A DNA stretch of 64,000 nt from Thermoanaerobaculia bacterium (lineage in GTDB: Bacteria > Acidobacteriota > Thermoanaerobaculia > UBA5066 > Gp7-AA6), in contig JBBDKM010000013.1 in assembly GCA_040879385.1 (NCBI GenBank), positions 100,358 to 164,357 on the forward strand, written 5' to 3'. A program made the translations under genes and the position numbers. This document shows positions 26,694 to 35,448 of the stretch, one piece after another. How positions within the stretch are numbered: position 1 is the stretch's first letter; every line of letters begins with the position of its first letter. Below the pieces are notes generated by a model. That model saw only the letters and a program-made list of their open reading frames with translations. It was not told where the DNA came from and searched no databases.

Positions 26694-27143
26694 ATGCGCA
26701 ACAGGCTTCTGGTTCTCTCCTTGTTCCTGGCGGCGGGGGCCACGCTCCGAGCCGAGGACAACAAGTTCGACAAGACGATCCCGTTCCCTCGCGGCGGCGA
26801 GGTGTCGCTCGACTGGTCCTATCAGAAGTGCGTGATCAAGAGCGTAAAGGTCGTCGACTATCCCGCCGACTTCGAGGTCGACAAGGCGCGGCGGGAGGAC
26901 CCCAACGACAAGTCGAACATCGGGTGGGAGTTCTTCATCGACAATCGCAGCTCCGCGAAGTACGAGGTGCATCTCTCCGTCGAGGTGCTCGACAAGAGCG
27001 GCCAAGTCATCAAGGCGGGCGACCGCACCCCGAGCGTGAGCGCCCACGAGGCAGAGAACGTGAAGGTCTCCACGCGCATGCGGACCGTCGAAGCCGCGGA
27101 CGCCCCGAAGGTGCGGCTGCGTGCAGAGATCGTTCCCAAGTAG
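26694..27143 (+). CDS. secreted protein of unknown function, tandem paralog 2
   Basis: From M161 of ORF 26214..27143. MRNRLLVLSLFLAAGATLRA signal, then KTIPFPRGGEVSLDWSYQKC...GWEFFIDNRS...DAPKVRLRAEIVPK. Confidence 0.65.
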   Translation: MRNRLLVLSLFLAAGATLRAEDNKFDKTIPFPRGGEVSLDWSYQKCVIKSVKVVDYPADFEVDKARREDPNDKSNIGWEFFIDNRSSAKYEVHLSVEVLDKSGQVIKAGDRTPSVSAHEAENVKVSTRMRTVEAADAPKVRLRAEIVPK

Positions 27144-28059
27144 CCCGGCCGACGCTCCCGCGGACGCTCCGCGCGACTACGCCGCCGCCCGGGGCCGCCT
27201 CGCGCACCGCTGGCGTCCGCTCTCGACGCTCGCGATCGCGGGCCCGGACCGCGAGGCGTTTCTCCAGGGTCAGCTCACGCAGGACGTCCGCAACCTCGGC
27301 ATCGGGGAATCCCGGCCGGCCGCCGGCCTGACGCCCAGGGGCAAGCTCCTCTTCTTCGGCCGGCTCGTGGGAGAGGCCGACCGGATCCTTCTCCTCGTGG
27401 CGCGCGAGGCGGCGCCCGCAGTGCTCGCGCACCTCTCCCGGTATGCCGCATTCCAGAAGGTGGAGGTCCGGGACGCCTCGCAAGAGCGCGCCGTCTTGGG
27501 CCTGTACGGCCCCGAGGCGCGGCGGATGAAGCTCCCGGTGGAGGCTCTCCGACTGCCCCCGCAGGGAGAGTTCTCGGGCGAGCTCCTGGTGCCCGCGGCC
27601 GCGCGAGCCGAGCTCGAAACCCGTCTGGAGGAGGCGGGGTCGCTCCCCGTCGGGGAGAAGGCCGCGGAAGTCCTCCGCGTTGAGGCCGGACGGCCCCGGC
27701 TCGGCCGGGACGCCGACGGCTCGAATCTGCCCGACGAAGTGGGCCTCCAGAACAGCGTGTCTCCGACCAAGGGGTGCTACGTCGGGCAGGAGGTCGTCGC
27801 CCGGCTCCGCACGTACGGCCGCGTCAACCGCCGCCTCGTCGGCTTCCGCTTTCCCGGCGGGGCGGTGCCCCCGGGAACGGTCTTCCCCGATCCGGACAAG
27901 CCAGCGCTCGAGCTCGGCCGCGTCACCAGCTCCGTCCTGTCACCGCGTTTCGGGGAGATCGGCCTCGGGCTCGCCTTTCGCGACGTCCCGGAGGGCGCAA
28001 GGCTCTCCATCTCCGGGGACGCGCGCACGGCGGTCGTGGCCCCGATTCCCTTCGCGTGA
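27121..28059 (+). CDS. ygfZ: folate-binding YgfZ/GcvT-like protein
   Basis: KGCYVGQEVVARLRTYGRVNRRL signature. The exact start is uncertain. Confidence 0.8.
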   Translation: MQRSFPSSPADAPADAPRDYAAARGRLAHRWRPLSTLAIAGPDREAFLQGQLTQDVRNLGIGESRPAAGLTPRGKLLFFGRLVGEADRILLLVAREAAPAVLAHLSRYAAFQKVEVRDASQERAVLGLYGPEARRMKLPVEALRLPPQGEFSGELLVPAAARAELETRLEEAGSLPVGEKAAEVLRVEAGRPRLGRDADGSNLPDEVGLQNSVSPTKGCYVGQEVVARLRTYGRVNRRLVGFRFPGGAVPPGTVFPDPDKPALELGRVTSSVLSPRFGEIGLGLAFRDVPEGARLSISGDARTAVVAPIPFA

Positions 28060-28967
28060 CCGAGCACCCGGCGAGCCGACCCTGGGAGGTCCACCTGGCG
28101 CTCGCGGGCGCGCAGATCGGGTTCGCCCTCTTCCCCATCTTCGGAAAGCTCGCCCTGTCCTCGATCCCTCCGCTCGTCTTCGCCGCGTTTCGCGTGACGG
28201 CGGCCGCTCTGCTGCTCGAGGTCATTGCCCGGGTGCACGGCGGCGAGGAGATCCGCCCGCCCGACCGGAAGAAGGTGTTCCTCTACGGCCTTCTGGGCGT
28301 CTCGTTCAACCAGGTGCTCTTCATCTTCGGGCTCTTCCTGACGACGGCGATCAACACGACGATCCTCACGGCGACGATCCCGGTGTTCACGCTCGCCGCC
28401 GCCGCGGTTCTGGGCCGGGAGCGGATTCACGTGCGCGCGGCGGCGGGCATCGCGCTGGCGGGGGCCGGAGCGCTCGCGTTGCTCAACACTCAGCGATTCG
28501 ACTGGTCGAGCGATTTCTTCCGCGGCGATCTGCTTCTGCTGGCCAACTGCATCTCGTACTCGCTCTACCTGGTCCTCTCCCGCCCCCTCCTCGCCCACTA
28601 CCGCGTGGCGACGTTCACGGCGGCGGTCTTTCGATACGGCGCCATCCTCATCGTGCTCGTCGCGCTTCCCGACCTGCTCCGTTTCGAGCATGCGCGCGTC
28701 CCGCCGCTTGCGTGGGCCTGCCTGGCGGCGGTGATTCTTCTGTGCACCGTGATTCCCTATTTGCTGAACTCCTGGGCACTGGCGCGGACGCACGCCTCGC
28801 ACGTCGCGTTCTATGTGTTCCTGCAGCCCCTGATCTCCACGGTGCTCGCCATCGCCGTTCTCGGCGAGACGCTGACGTTGAAGACCGCCGGGGCGGGGCT
28901 CCTGATCGCCGCCGGCCTCGCCACGACCGTGCTCGCAAGACGCCTCCCGGCCAGGCCCCTGCCGTGA
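28056..28967 (+). CDS. EamA/DMT-family transporter
   Basis: From V95 of ORF 27774..28967 (GTGA overlap with the ygfZ stop). Ten TM helices in two EamA repeats. Confidence 0.8.
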   Translation: MTEHPASRPWEVHLALAGAQIGFALFPIFGKLALSSIPPLVFAAFRVTAAALLLEVIARVHGGEEIRPPDRKKVFLYGLLGVSFNQVLFIFGLFLTTAINTTILTATIPVFTLAAAAVLGRERIHVRAAAGIALAGAGALALLNTQRFDWSSDFFRGDLLLLANCISYSLYLVLSRPLLAHYRVATFTAAVFRYGAILIVLVALPDLLRFEHARVPPLAWACLAAVILLCTVIPYLLNSWALARTHASHVAFYVFLQPLISTVLAIAVLGETLTLKTAGAGLLIAAGLATTVLARRLPARPLP

Positions 28968-29668
28968 GCGACCCGGTCGCGAGACCGCGCGCCGCGGTCA
29001 TCATTCCGGTCTTCAATGAGCGCGCCTCCCTTCCGCTCGTCGTGGAGGCGATCCCGAAGGCGCTCGTCGACGAAATCGTCGTGGTGGACAACGGCTCGAC
29101 GGACGGCACCGACGCGATCGCCCGCGACCTCCCGGTCCGCCTGGTACGCGAGTCGCGGCGGGGCTACGGGAGCGCTTGCCTCGCCGGCGTCGAGGCCCTC
29201 GCGGCGCGCCCCCCCGATGTGCTGGTGTTTCTCGACGGAGACTTCTCGGACCACCCGGACGAGCTGCCGCGGCTCCTTCGAGAGATCGAGGCCGGCGCCG
29301 AGCTCGTCATCGGCTCGCGCATGCTCGGGTCTCGGGAACCGGGCGCGCTCCTGCCCCAGGCCCGCTTCGGCAACGCGCTCGCATGCCTGCTGATCCGCCT
29401 TCTCTACGGGCACCGCTACACCGACCTCGGGCCGTTTCGGGCGATCCGCTGGGCCGCCTACCGCCGCCTGGGCATGAGGGACACGAACTTCGGCTGGACT
29501 TGCGAGATGCAGGTCAAAGCGCTGCGCAAGGGCCTGCGCGTGGCCGAGGTGCCGGTCTCCTACCGCAGGCGCGTGGGCGTCTCGAAGATCACGGGGACGG
29601 TGCCGGGGACGCTCAAGGCCGGATGGAAGATCCTGTGGACGATCGGAAGATACGGCTGGCGCTCGTAG
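28964..29668 (+). CDS. family 2 glycosyltransferase
   Basis: Last 234 aa of ORF 27680..29668 (GTGA overlap). IIPVFNE, VVVDNGSTDGT, FLDGDFSD (DxD). Confidence 0.85.
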   Translation: MSDPVARPRAAVIIPVFNERASLPLVVEAIPKALVDEIVVVDNGSTDGTDAIARDLPVRLVRESRRGYGSACLAGVEALAARPPDVLVFLDGDFSDHPDELPRLLREIEAGAELVIGSRMLGSREPGALLPQARFGNALACLLIRLLYGHRYTDLGPFRAIRWAAYRRLGMRDTNFGWTCEMQVKALRKGLRVAEVPVSYRRRVGVSKITGTVPGTLKAGWKILWTIGRYGWRS

Positions 29669-29686
29669 GCGGGCCTGGCGCCCGCG

Positions 29687-30598
29687 CTAACTCGAGGCCG
29701 CTTTCCAAGCTTCGAAGTACGTCGCCACTTCCTCGACGAAACCTCGGTGCCGCGGCCGCCATCCCAGAAGCCGCTCGGCCTTTCCGGAGTCGAGCTGCTG
29801 GTCGTAGGCGAGGCACTCGGCGAAAGCCCCGAAACGCACGACGGCCTCCTGCACGGTCAGGCTCCGGATCCCGCCCGTATAGCCCGTCGCGCGCGCCACG
29901 GCGCGCACCATCTCGCTCACGCTCGGCGATTCGGATTCCGCCACGTTGAAGATCTCCCCCGAGAGGCCGCTCTCGACGGCGCGCACGTAGGCATCGGCCA
30001 GATCGTTCTGATGGACGAGAGCCCAGCGAGCCGTGCCGTCGCCGACGATCTCGAGCGCCCCCTTCGCGGCCCCCTCGAACCAAATCGAGGTCAGACTCCC
30101 CTGACGTCCGTAGACGCAGCCGGGCCGGAGCACGAGACCGCTGACCCCGCTCGACTCCAGCACCATCCGCTCGTGGCGGACGCGGTCCGACGCGTACCGG
30201 GGCGGGTTCAACGGCGCGGTTTCATCGACCCTCCGGCCGGAGGTGTCGCCGTAGATCCAAGTTCCGCTCGTGTAGATCAAAGTCTTCGGCCGGGGCCCGA
30301 CGCCTGCGGCGCCAAGCAGCATCTCGAGCGCCCCGCGGTCGAGAGTGAACATCCCGGGCCCCGCGTCGGCGGCCGCGTGGACGATGACCTCGCACGCCGT
30401 GGCGGCCTGGAAGAGGGTCTCCGGCTCCTCGAGCGTCCCGAGGACCGGCTGGATCTCCTCGACCGCGAGCGCACGCGCTTTCTCGGGGCTCCGCGCAAGG
30501 CCGAGAACCTCGTGGCCCGCTCGCCGGAGCGCCAGAGCGACGGGGCGGCCGATGGAGCCGGTGGCGCCGGTGACGAACACCTTCACGAACCCGGACAC
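29687..30598 (-). CDS. NAD-dependent epimerase/dehydratase family SDR
   Basis: VTGATGSIG Rossmann motif. About 300 aa of SDR fold. Confidence 0.8.
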   Translation of the reverse strand: MSGFVKVFVTGATGSIGRPVALALRRAGHEVLGLARSPEKARALAVEEIQPVLGTLEEPETLFQAATACEVIVHAAADAGPGMFTLDRGALEMLLGAAGVGPRPKTLIYTSGTWIYGDTSGRRVDETAPLNPPRYASDRVRHERMVLESSGVSGLVLRPGCVYGRQGSLTSIWFEGAAKGALEIVGDGTARWALVHQNDLADAYVRAVESGLSGEIFNVAESESPSVSEMVRAVARATGYTGGIRSLTVQEAVVRFGAFAECLAYDQQLDSGKAERLLGWRPRHRGFVEEVATYFEAWKAASS

Positions 30599-30648
30599 TT
30601 ATCGCGTTTTTCACTTTTCGGCAAGGCGCGGCGGCTCTCGACCCGCAG

Positions 30649-30954
30649 TCAGGGTCTCGCGACGACTTCGTAGTGTGTGACGGCCGGCTCGAGCTCCAGC
30701 AGGTCGTCCAGATCCTCCGGGTAGTAACGCGCTTTCTCGACGTCGGCTCCGGCGAACGCGCGGATCGCGTCCAGCGACTCCCAGAGGGAGACGGAGAGAA
30801 AGTGGGCGGCCTCGCCCTCCGCGCGGCGAAGAACGTAGACGCCGCGGTTTCCCGGCGTCGCCCGGGAGCCGGGAACTCCGGTTTTCTCCAGGTATCGCAG
30901 ATACGCGTCCGACCGATCGGCCGGAACGGCGCCGTGCCAGAGCCGAGCGATCAT
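30649..30954 (-). CDS. ABM/Dabb-fold monooxygenase-like protein
   Basis: 101 aa with a ferredoxin-like pattern ...HFLSVSLWESLDAIRAFAG.... GAAGGAGG SD upstream. Confidence 0.6.
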   Translation of the reverse strand: MIARLWHGAVPADRSDAYLRYLEKTGVPGSRATPGNRGVYVLRRAEGEAAHFLSVSLWESLDAIRAFAGADVEKARYYPEDLDDLLELEPAVTHYEVVARP

Positions 30955-31039
30955 CGAGCCTCCTTCGGGGGGTTGACGGGGCGCCCTCGCAGACCTGGAA
31001 CACGAGCGAGCCCCGAAAGGTTGCCCCGAGCCCGCGGAA

Positions 31040-31453
31040 TCAGGCGCCGGCGGCGCGGAATCGCTCGAGGGTCGCGACGAGGGCGCCCTCGGCGCGGCGG
31101 GGCTTGCCGGCCGTGTCGGTGAAGATGTGGCGGGTCGAGCCGTCGGCGAGAAGCTGGCCGCCGGGATTGCGCACCTCGTACGCGAAGCCGCAGCCGCGGC
31201 TCGAGAGCTCGGCCATGCGGGTAACGACCGTGATCGGGTCGTCGTAGCTCGAGCGGCGCCGGAAGCTCGCCTCGACCCGCGTGACGGGGATGAAGAGCCC
31301 CGCCTTTTCCATCTCCGCGTAGGGAGCGCCAGCGGCGCGGCACCAGTCCGTGCGCCCGATCTCGAACCAGACGAGGTAGTGCGCGTGGTACACGTTGCCC
31401 ATCTGGTCGGTTTCGGAGTAGCGGACCCGCAGCTCCGTTTCGACGGCGCTCAA
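31040..31453 (-). CDS. YbgC/4HBT-family acyl-CoA thioesterase
   Basis: RVRYSETDQMGNVYHAHYLVWFE motif. Confidence 0.85.
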   Translation of the reverse strand: MSAVETELRVRYSETDQMGNVYHAHYLVWFEIGRTDWCRAAGAPYAEMEKAGLFIPVTRVEASFRRRSSYDDPITVVTRMAELSSRGCGFAYEVRNPGGQLLADGSTRHIFTDTAGKPRRAEGALVATLERFRAAGA

Positions 31454-31455
31454 CG

Positions 31456-31935
31456 TCAGAACCGGTCGGCCAGACGCTGGCGCACCAGGTTCGGCACCAG
31501 GCCCGTCACGTCTCCGCCGAGGCGCGCCAGTTCCCTGACGAGGCGGCTCGACACGTACGAGTACTCCTCCTTGGCCATCAGGAACACCGTCTCGATCGCG
31601 GGCGCCAGCCGGCGGTTCATGAGGGCCATCTGGAGCTCGTACTCGTAGTCCGACACGGCGCGCAGGCCCCGTACGATGATCGTGGCTCCGGAGCGCGAGG
31701 CGAACTCCACGAGGAGACCCGTGAAGGACACGACCGAGATCGAAGGATCCCCGCCGACGATCTCTCGGATCATGCCCATCCGGTCCTCCACCGAGAAGAG
31801 GGGCGTCTTCTGGTCCTGTTCGAGGATCGCGACGATCACGCGATCGGCGAGCCGCAGCGCGCGCGCCAGGATGTCGAGGTGGCCGTTGGTCAGGGGATCG
31901 AAAGAGCCGGGATAGACGGCGATGCGCTCCGTCAT
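31456..31935 (-). CDS. coaD: phosphopantetheine adenylyltransferase
   Basis: AVYPGSFDPLTNGHLDI and the ISSRLVRE-like motif. 159 aa. Confidence 0.95.
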   Translation of the reverse strand: MTERIAVYPGSFDPLTNGHLDILARALRLADRVIVAILEQDQKTPLFSVEDRMGMIREIVGGDPSISVVSFTGLLVEFASRSGATIIVRGLRAVSDYEYELQMALMNRRLAPAIETVFLMAKEEYSYVSSRLVRELARLGGDVTGLVPNLVRQRLADRF

Positions 31936-32750
31936 GCGTTCCTCCCCGCTGCGGTCGTGGCGGCCCGGAGCCCTTCGGCCAACAGATTATAGGCGGACAC
32001 CGTGAGGAAGAGGGCGAGGCCGGGGAACAGCGCGATCCACCACGCCTCCTCGATGTAGGCGGGCGCGGCCGCCAGGATGCCGCCCCAGGAAACCGCCGGA
32101 GACGGAAGCCCGACTCCCAGAAACGACAGCGACGCCTCCGCCAGGATGGCCCACCCCACTCCGAACGCCGCCGAGACGATTAGCGGCGGCAGCGCGTTGG
32201 GCAGAAGGTGGCGAACGAGGATGCGTGGCGTCGAGGCGCCGGAAGCCCGCGCGGCCCGCGCGTAGTCGAGCTCGCGAATCTTCAAGATCTCGGCCCGCGC
32301 GTAGCGGGCGTCGCCCGGCCACGCGGTCAGCCCGATCGCCAGGATCACGGTCAGCGGAGACGGGGGAAGGAGGGCCGCCAGCGCCAGCAACAGGAAGAGC
32401 ACCGGGAAGCACAGCACCACCTCGATCAGCCGCGAGAGCGCGAGGTCCACGGCGCCTCCCGCCCAGCCGGCCGCGCCCCCGACCGTGAAGCCCACGGCGA
32501 GCGACACCGCGGCCGCCACCAGCCCGATGGCGAGCGAGATCGGCGTCGCCGTGACGACCCGCGCCAGCAGGTCCCGGCCCAGGTCGTCGGTGCCGAAGGG
32601 GTGGGCGCCGGAGGGCGGCCGCAGGCGCTCGTCGAGGCGGATCGCGCTGGCGCGCTCCGAGAACCACGGCGAGCACGCCGCCACGGCCCAGAGGAAGACG
32701 ACGACGGCCAGCGCGACGCGGCCGGTCGCGGGCAGCCGCGAAAAGCTCAC
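31932..32750 (-). CDS. ABC peptide/nickel transporter permease (OppC/DppC-like)
   Basis: Polytopic with the EAA-type loop ...YARAARASGAS.... 4-nt overlaps on both sides. Confidence 0.85.
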   Translation of the reverse strand: MSFSRLPATGRVALAVVVFLWAVAACSPWFSERASAIRLDERLRPPSGAHPFGTDDLGRDLLARVVTATPISLAIGLVAAAVSLAVGFTVGGAAGWAGGAVDLALSRLIEVVLCFPVLFLLLALAALLPPSPLTVILAIGLTAWPGDARYARAEILKIRELDYARAARASGASTPRILVRHLLPNALPPLIVSAAFGVGWAILAEASLSFLGVGLPSPAVSWGGILAAAPAYIEEAWWIALFPGLALFLTVSAYNLLAEGLRAATTAAGRNA

Positions 32751-33721
32751 GGCGCCGCGCCGTCGCGAACGCGCGGGTCCGCCGCGGCGCTAGCGATGTC
32801 GGCGGCGAGCGTCGCCGCCAGAGTGGCAACCGCCGACAAGAGCGACAGCGCGAGGATCACAGGATAGTCGCGGGAGAGGATCGAATTGAAATAGAGGCGC
32901 CCCAGGCCCGGCCACGCGAAGATCTGCTCGACGATGACGCTCCCCGACAACAGGGCCGGCATGAGCAGCCCGAAGAGCGTGATCAGCGGAAGCAGCGCAT
33001 TCGGGAAGGCGTGCCGCCAGAGCGCCTGCCGCCGCGAGGCGCCCCGCGCGCGCGCGGCCAGGACATAGTCGCTCATCCACGCCTCGGTCACCCCGGCGCG
33101 CACGAGGCGCGCGACGAAGGCGAGCGTTCCGTAGGTCAGGCACGTGACCGGCAGCGCCAGGTGCGCGGCGCGGTCGACAAGGCCGGCCACGCCCGCCGGG
33201 GAGGCGTCGGAGGAGACCCCGTACAGGGGAAGCCACCGCCACTGCACCGCGAACACCGTCTGGAGCAGGAGGGCGGCCCAGAAGGTCGGCATGGAATAGA
33301 GCGCGAACAGGACGGCGCCCGACGTCCGATCGAACACGCCTTCCGGGTTTCCTCCAGCGATCACGCCGAGGGGAATGGCGATCCCCAGGGCGAGCGCCAG
33401 CGCGAGACCGTTTAAGACGAGCGTGTGCGGGAGCGCCTCGCGGATGCGCTCTCGAACGGGCCGATGGTCCACGAAGGACTCCCCCATGTCCAGCCGCGCC
33501 GCGCGCGAGATCCAGAGACCAAAGCGTTCGGCCAGGGGGCGGTCGAGCCCGTAGAGGCGCCGCATTTCTTCGGCGGCGCGCCCCGTCGCGCGGCGGACCG
33601 AGTCGGGGCCCCCGTGAATAGGGCTTCCGGGCGCCAGATGGACCAGCAGGAAGACCACCACCGCGATCCCAAAGAGCGTCGGAATCGCGAGCAGCAGGCG
33701 CCGCACCGCGTACCGGATCAC
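32747..33721 (-). CDS. ABC peptide/nickel transporter permease (OppB/DppB-like)
   Basis: C-terminal 324 aa of ORF 32747..35350, starting VIRYAVRRLLLAIPTLFGI. GTGA overlap with the SBP stop. Confidence 0.85.
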   Translation of the reverse strand: MIRYAVRRLLLAIPTLFGIAVVVFLLVHLAPGSPIHGGPDSVRRATGRAAEEMRRLYGLDRPLAERFGLWISRAARLDMGESFVDHRPVRERIREALPHTLVLNGLALALALGIAIPLGVIAGGNPEGVFDRTSGAVLFALYSMPTFWAALLLQTVFAVQWRWLPLYGVSSDASPAGVAGLVDRAAHLALPVTCLTYGTLAFVARLVRAGVTEAWMSDYVLAARARGASRRQALWRHAFPNALLPLITLFGLLMPALLSGSVIVEQIFAWPGLGRLYFNSILSRDYPVILALSLLSAVATLAATLAADIASAAADPRVRDGAAP

Positions 33722-35397
33722 GCCGCGGGCCTCCGGGCGGCCTCCGGGGCTACCCACCAGCCGAGCGGACCCGGCCAGATTCCATAGAGCCCCAGCGGAG
33801 AGGTCGTGAGCCCCCGCACCCGGTTCGAGAAGGCGAACTTCTGCGTCGAGTTCACGAGAAAGAGCACGGGCGCATCGTCGCGGAAAAGGCGGTGGAGGCG
33901 GTGGAACAGGTCCGCGCGGCGCCCGGAATCCATCTCGCGCCGGGCCTCGTCCATCAGCCGGTCGGCCTCGGGATTGCGGTAGCAGACGGAGTTGAGCCCC
34001 TTCGGCGCGCACTGGGAGGAGTGCCAGTAGAAGTAGGGGTCCGGGTTCGGGTCGACCGTCGACCAGCCGAGCGACGCCGCGTCGAAGTCGCCGGCGTCCA
34101 CGAGAGCGACGAACGCCGCCCACTCCAGGGCGCGGACCCGGGCGTCGACGCCCACCCGGGACAGCTCGGCCGCCAGCATTTCGTCGATCTGCCGGCCGAC
34201 CTCCGAGCCCGTGGACACGAGGATCTCGAACGCGAACTCGCGGCCGTCCCGATCGATCGTGCCGTTCCCGTTGGTGTCCCGCCAGCCGGCCTCCCCGAGC
34301 AGCTTCGCTGCTTCGCGCGGATCGAACGGCAGGGGCGTGAGGCTCGCGTCGTAGGCCGGCGAGTCGGGCGCCCACGGGCCCGAGATGATCCGCGCGGAGC
34401 CCCGGTAGAGGTTGCGCACGATGGAGGCGCGATCCGAGAGCATCGTGAGGGCGCGGCGCACGCGCGGGTCGGCGAACAGGGGCAAGCGGTTGTTCAGCGC
34501 GACGTAGATCCAGTCGAGGCTGTAAGACTCCACCACGCGGCAGCAGGATAGAAACGCCGGATCGACTTCTCCCCGCGCCTTGAGCCCCGCGTCGATCTGG
34601 TTTTCGTCCAGCTCCTGGGCCGCCAGGAGCCGGTAGGCGGTCGTGTTGTCCGGGAGAATGCGGAAGACGACGCGCTCGAAGTGCCCCGCGGGTCCCCAGT
34701 TGCGGGGGTTGCGCTCGAGGGTGACGGATTCCTGCGCCTTCCAGGAGACGACGCGGTAGGGCCCGTTGGCGAGCGGCGCGCGGTTGTCCTTCGCGCGCAG
34801 GAAATCCTTCCCGGCGAAGCGGTGCTCGGGAAGAAGCGGCAGCGCGAACGCCATCGCGCGAAACGCGTACGGTTCGCGAAAGCGCACGCGGAACCGGCGG
34901 GGGTCGAGAGCTTCGACCGTTTCCATGTCTTCGAAGAGGGGCTTGAAGACCGGGGCCGGCACCGACGGATCCGCCAGCTTCCGGATCGTGAAGACGGCGT
35001 CGCCCGCGGTCACCGGGCGCCCGTCCTCCCAGATCGCGCCGGGGCGGAGCCGGATCGTGTAGGCGAGCCCGTCGGGCGAGACGTCGTATCCCTCGGCAAG
35101 GCCCGGAACCAGGTTCAACTGCGCGTCGAAGTCGAAGAGGTTGCGCACCACGTACTGCAGCACCTGCGCCTCCGGTCCGCTCGTCTGAAGGATCGCGTTC
35201 AAGGTCGTGGGCTCGCCGTTCAACCGCCGCCGCAGCTCGCCCCCCTCGACCGGCGTCCCCTCGCGCGTCTCGTCGAGGAAGCCGAGCGCCGGCGGCGCGG
35301 GGGTCGGCGCGGCGCCCGGCGGCGCGGATGGCTGCTCGCGCCCGCGGCACGCGGCCAACCCGAGCAACAGGGCAAAGGCCGCGCGCGCGCGTCTCAT
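33718..35397 (-). CDS. ABC transporter substrate-binding protein, family 5
   Basis: Signal/lipobox MRRARAAFALLLGLAAC. 559 aa with SBP_bac_5-like layout. Confidence 0.85.
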   Translation of the reverse strand: MRRARAAFALLLGLAACRGREQPSAPPGAAPTPAPPALGFLDETREGTPVEGGELRRRLNGEPTTLNAILQTSGPEAQVLQYVVRNLFDFDAQLNLVPGLAEGYDVSPDGLAYTIRLRPGAIWEDGRPVTAGDAVFTIRKLADPSVPAPVFKPLFEDMETVEALDPRRFRVRFREPYAFRAMAFALPLLPEHRFAGKDFLRAKDNRAPLANGPYRVVSWKAQESVTLERNPRNWGPAGHFERVVFRILPDNTTAYRLLAAQELDENQIDAGLKARGEVDPAFLSCCRVVESYSLDWIYVALNNRLPLFADPRVRRALTMLSDRASIVRNLYRGSARIISGPWAPDSPAYDASLTPLPFDPREAAKLLGEAGWRDTNGNGTIDRDGREFAFEILVSTGSEVGRQIDEMLAAELSRVGVDARVRALEWAAFVALVDAGDFDAASLGWSTVDPNPDPYFYWHSSQCAPKGLNSVCYRNPEADRLMDEARREMDSGRRADLFHRLHRLFRDDAPVLFLVNSTQKFAFSNRVRGLTTSPLGLYGIWPGPLGWWVAPEAARRPAA

Positions 35398-35448
35398 TTG
35401 CCTGCGATTATGCCGCGGAACCGGGAGCTCGAAGGTCGAAACTTGGCG

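Noticed and set aside
32747-35350. 867-aa ORF spanning the permease and substrate-binding genes
   Set aside because: Only the C-terminal 324 aa (OppB/DppB-like permease) are credible. The rest overlaps the family-5 SBP gene in another frame.
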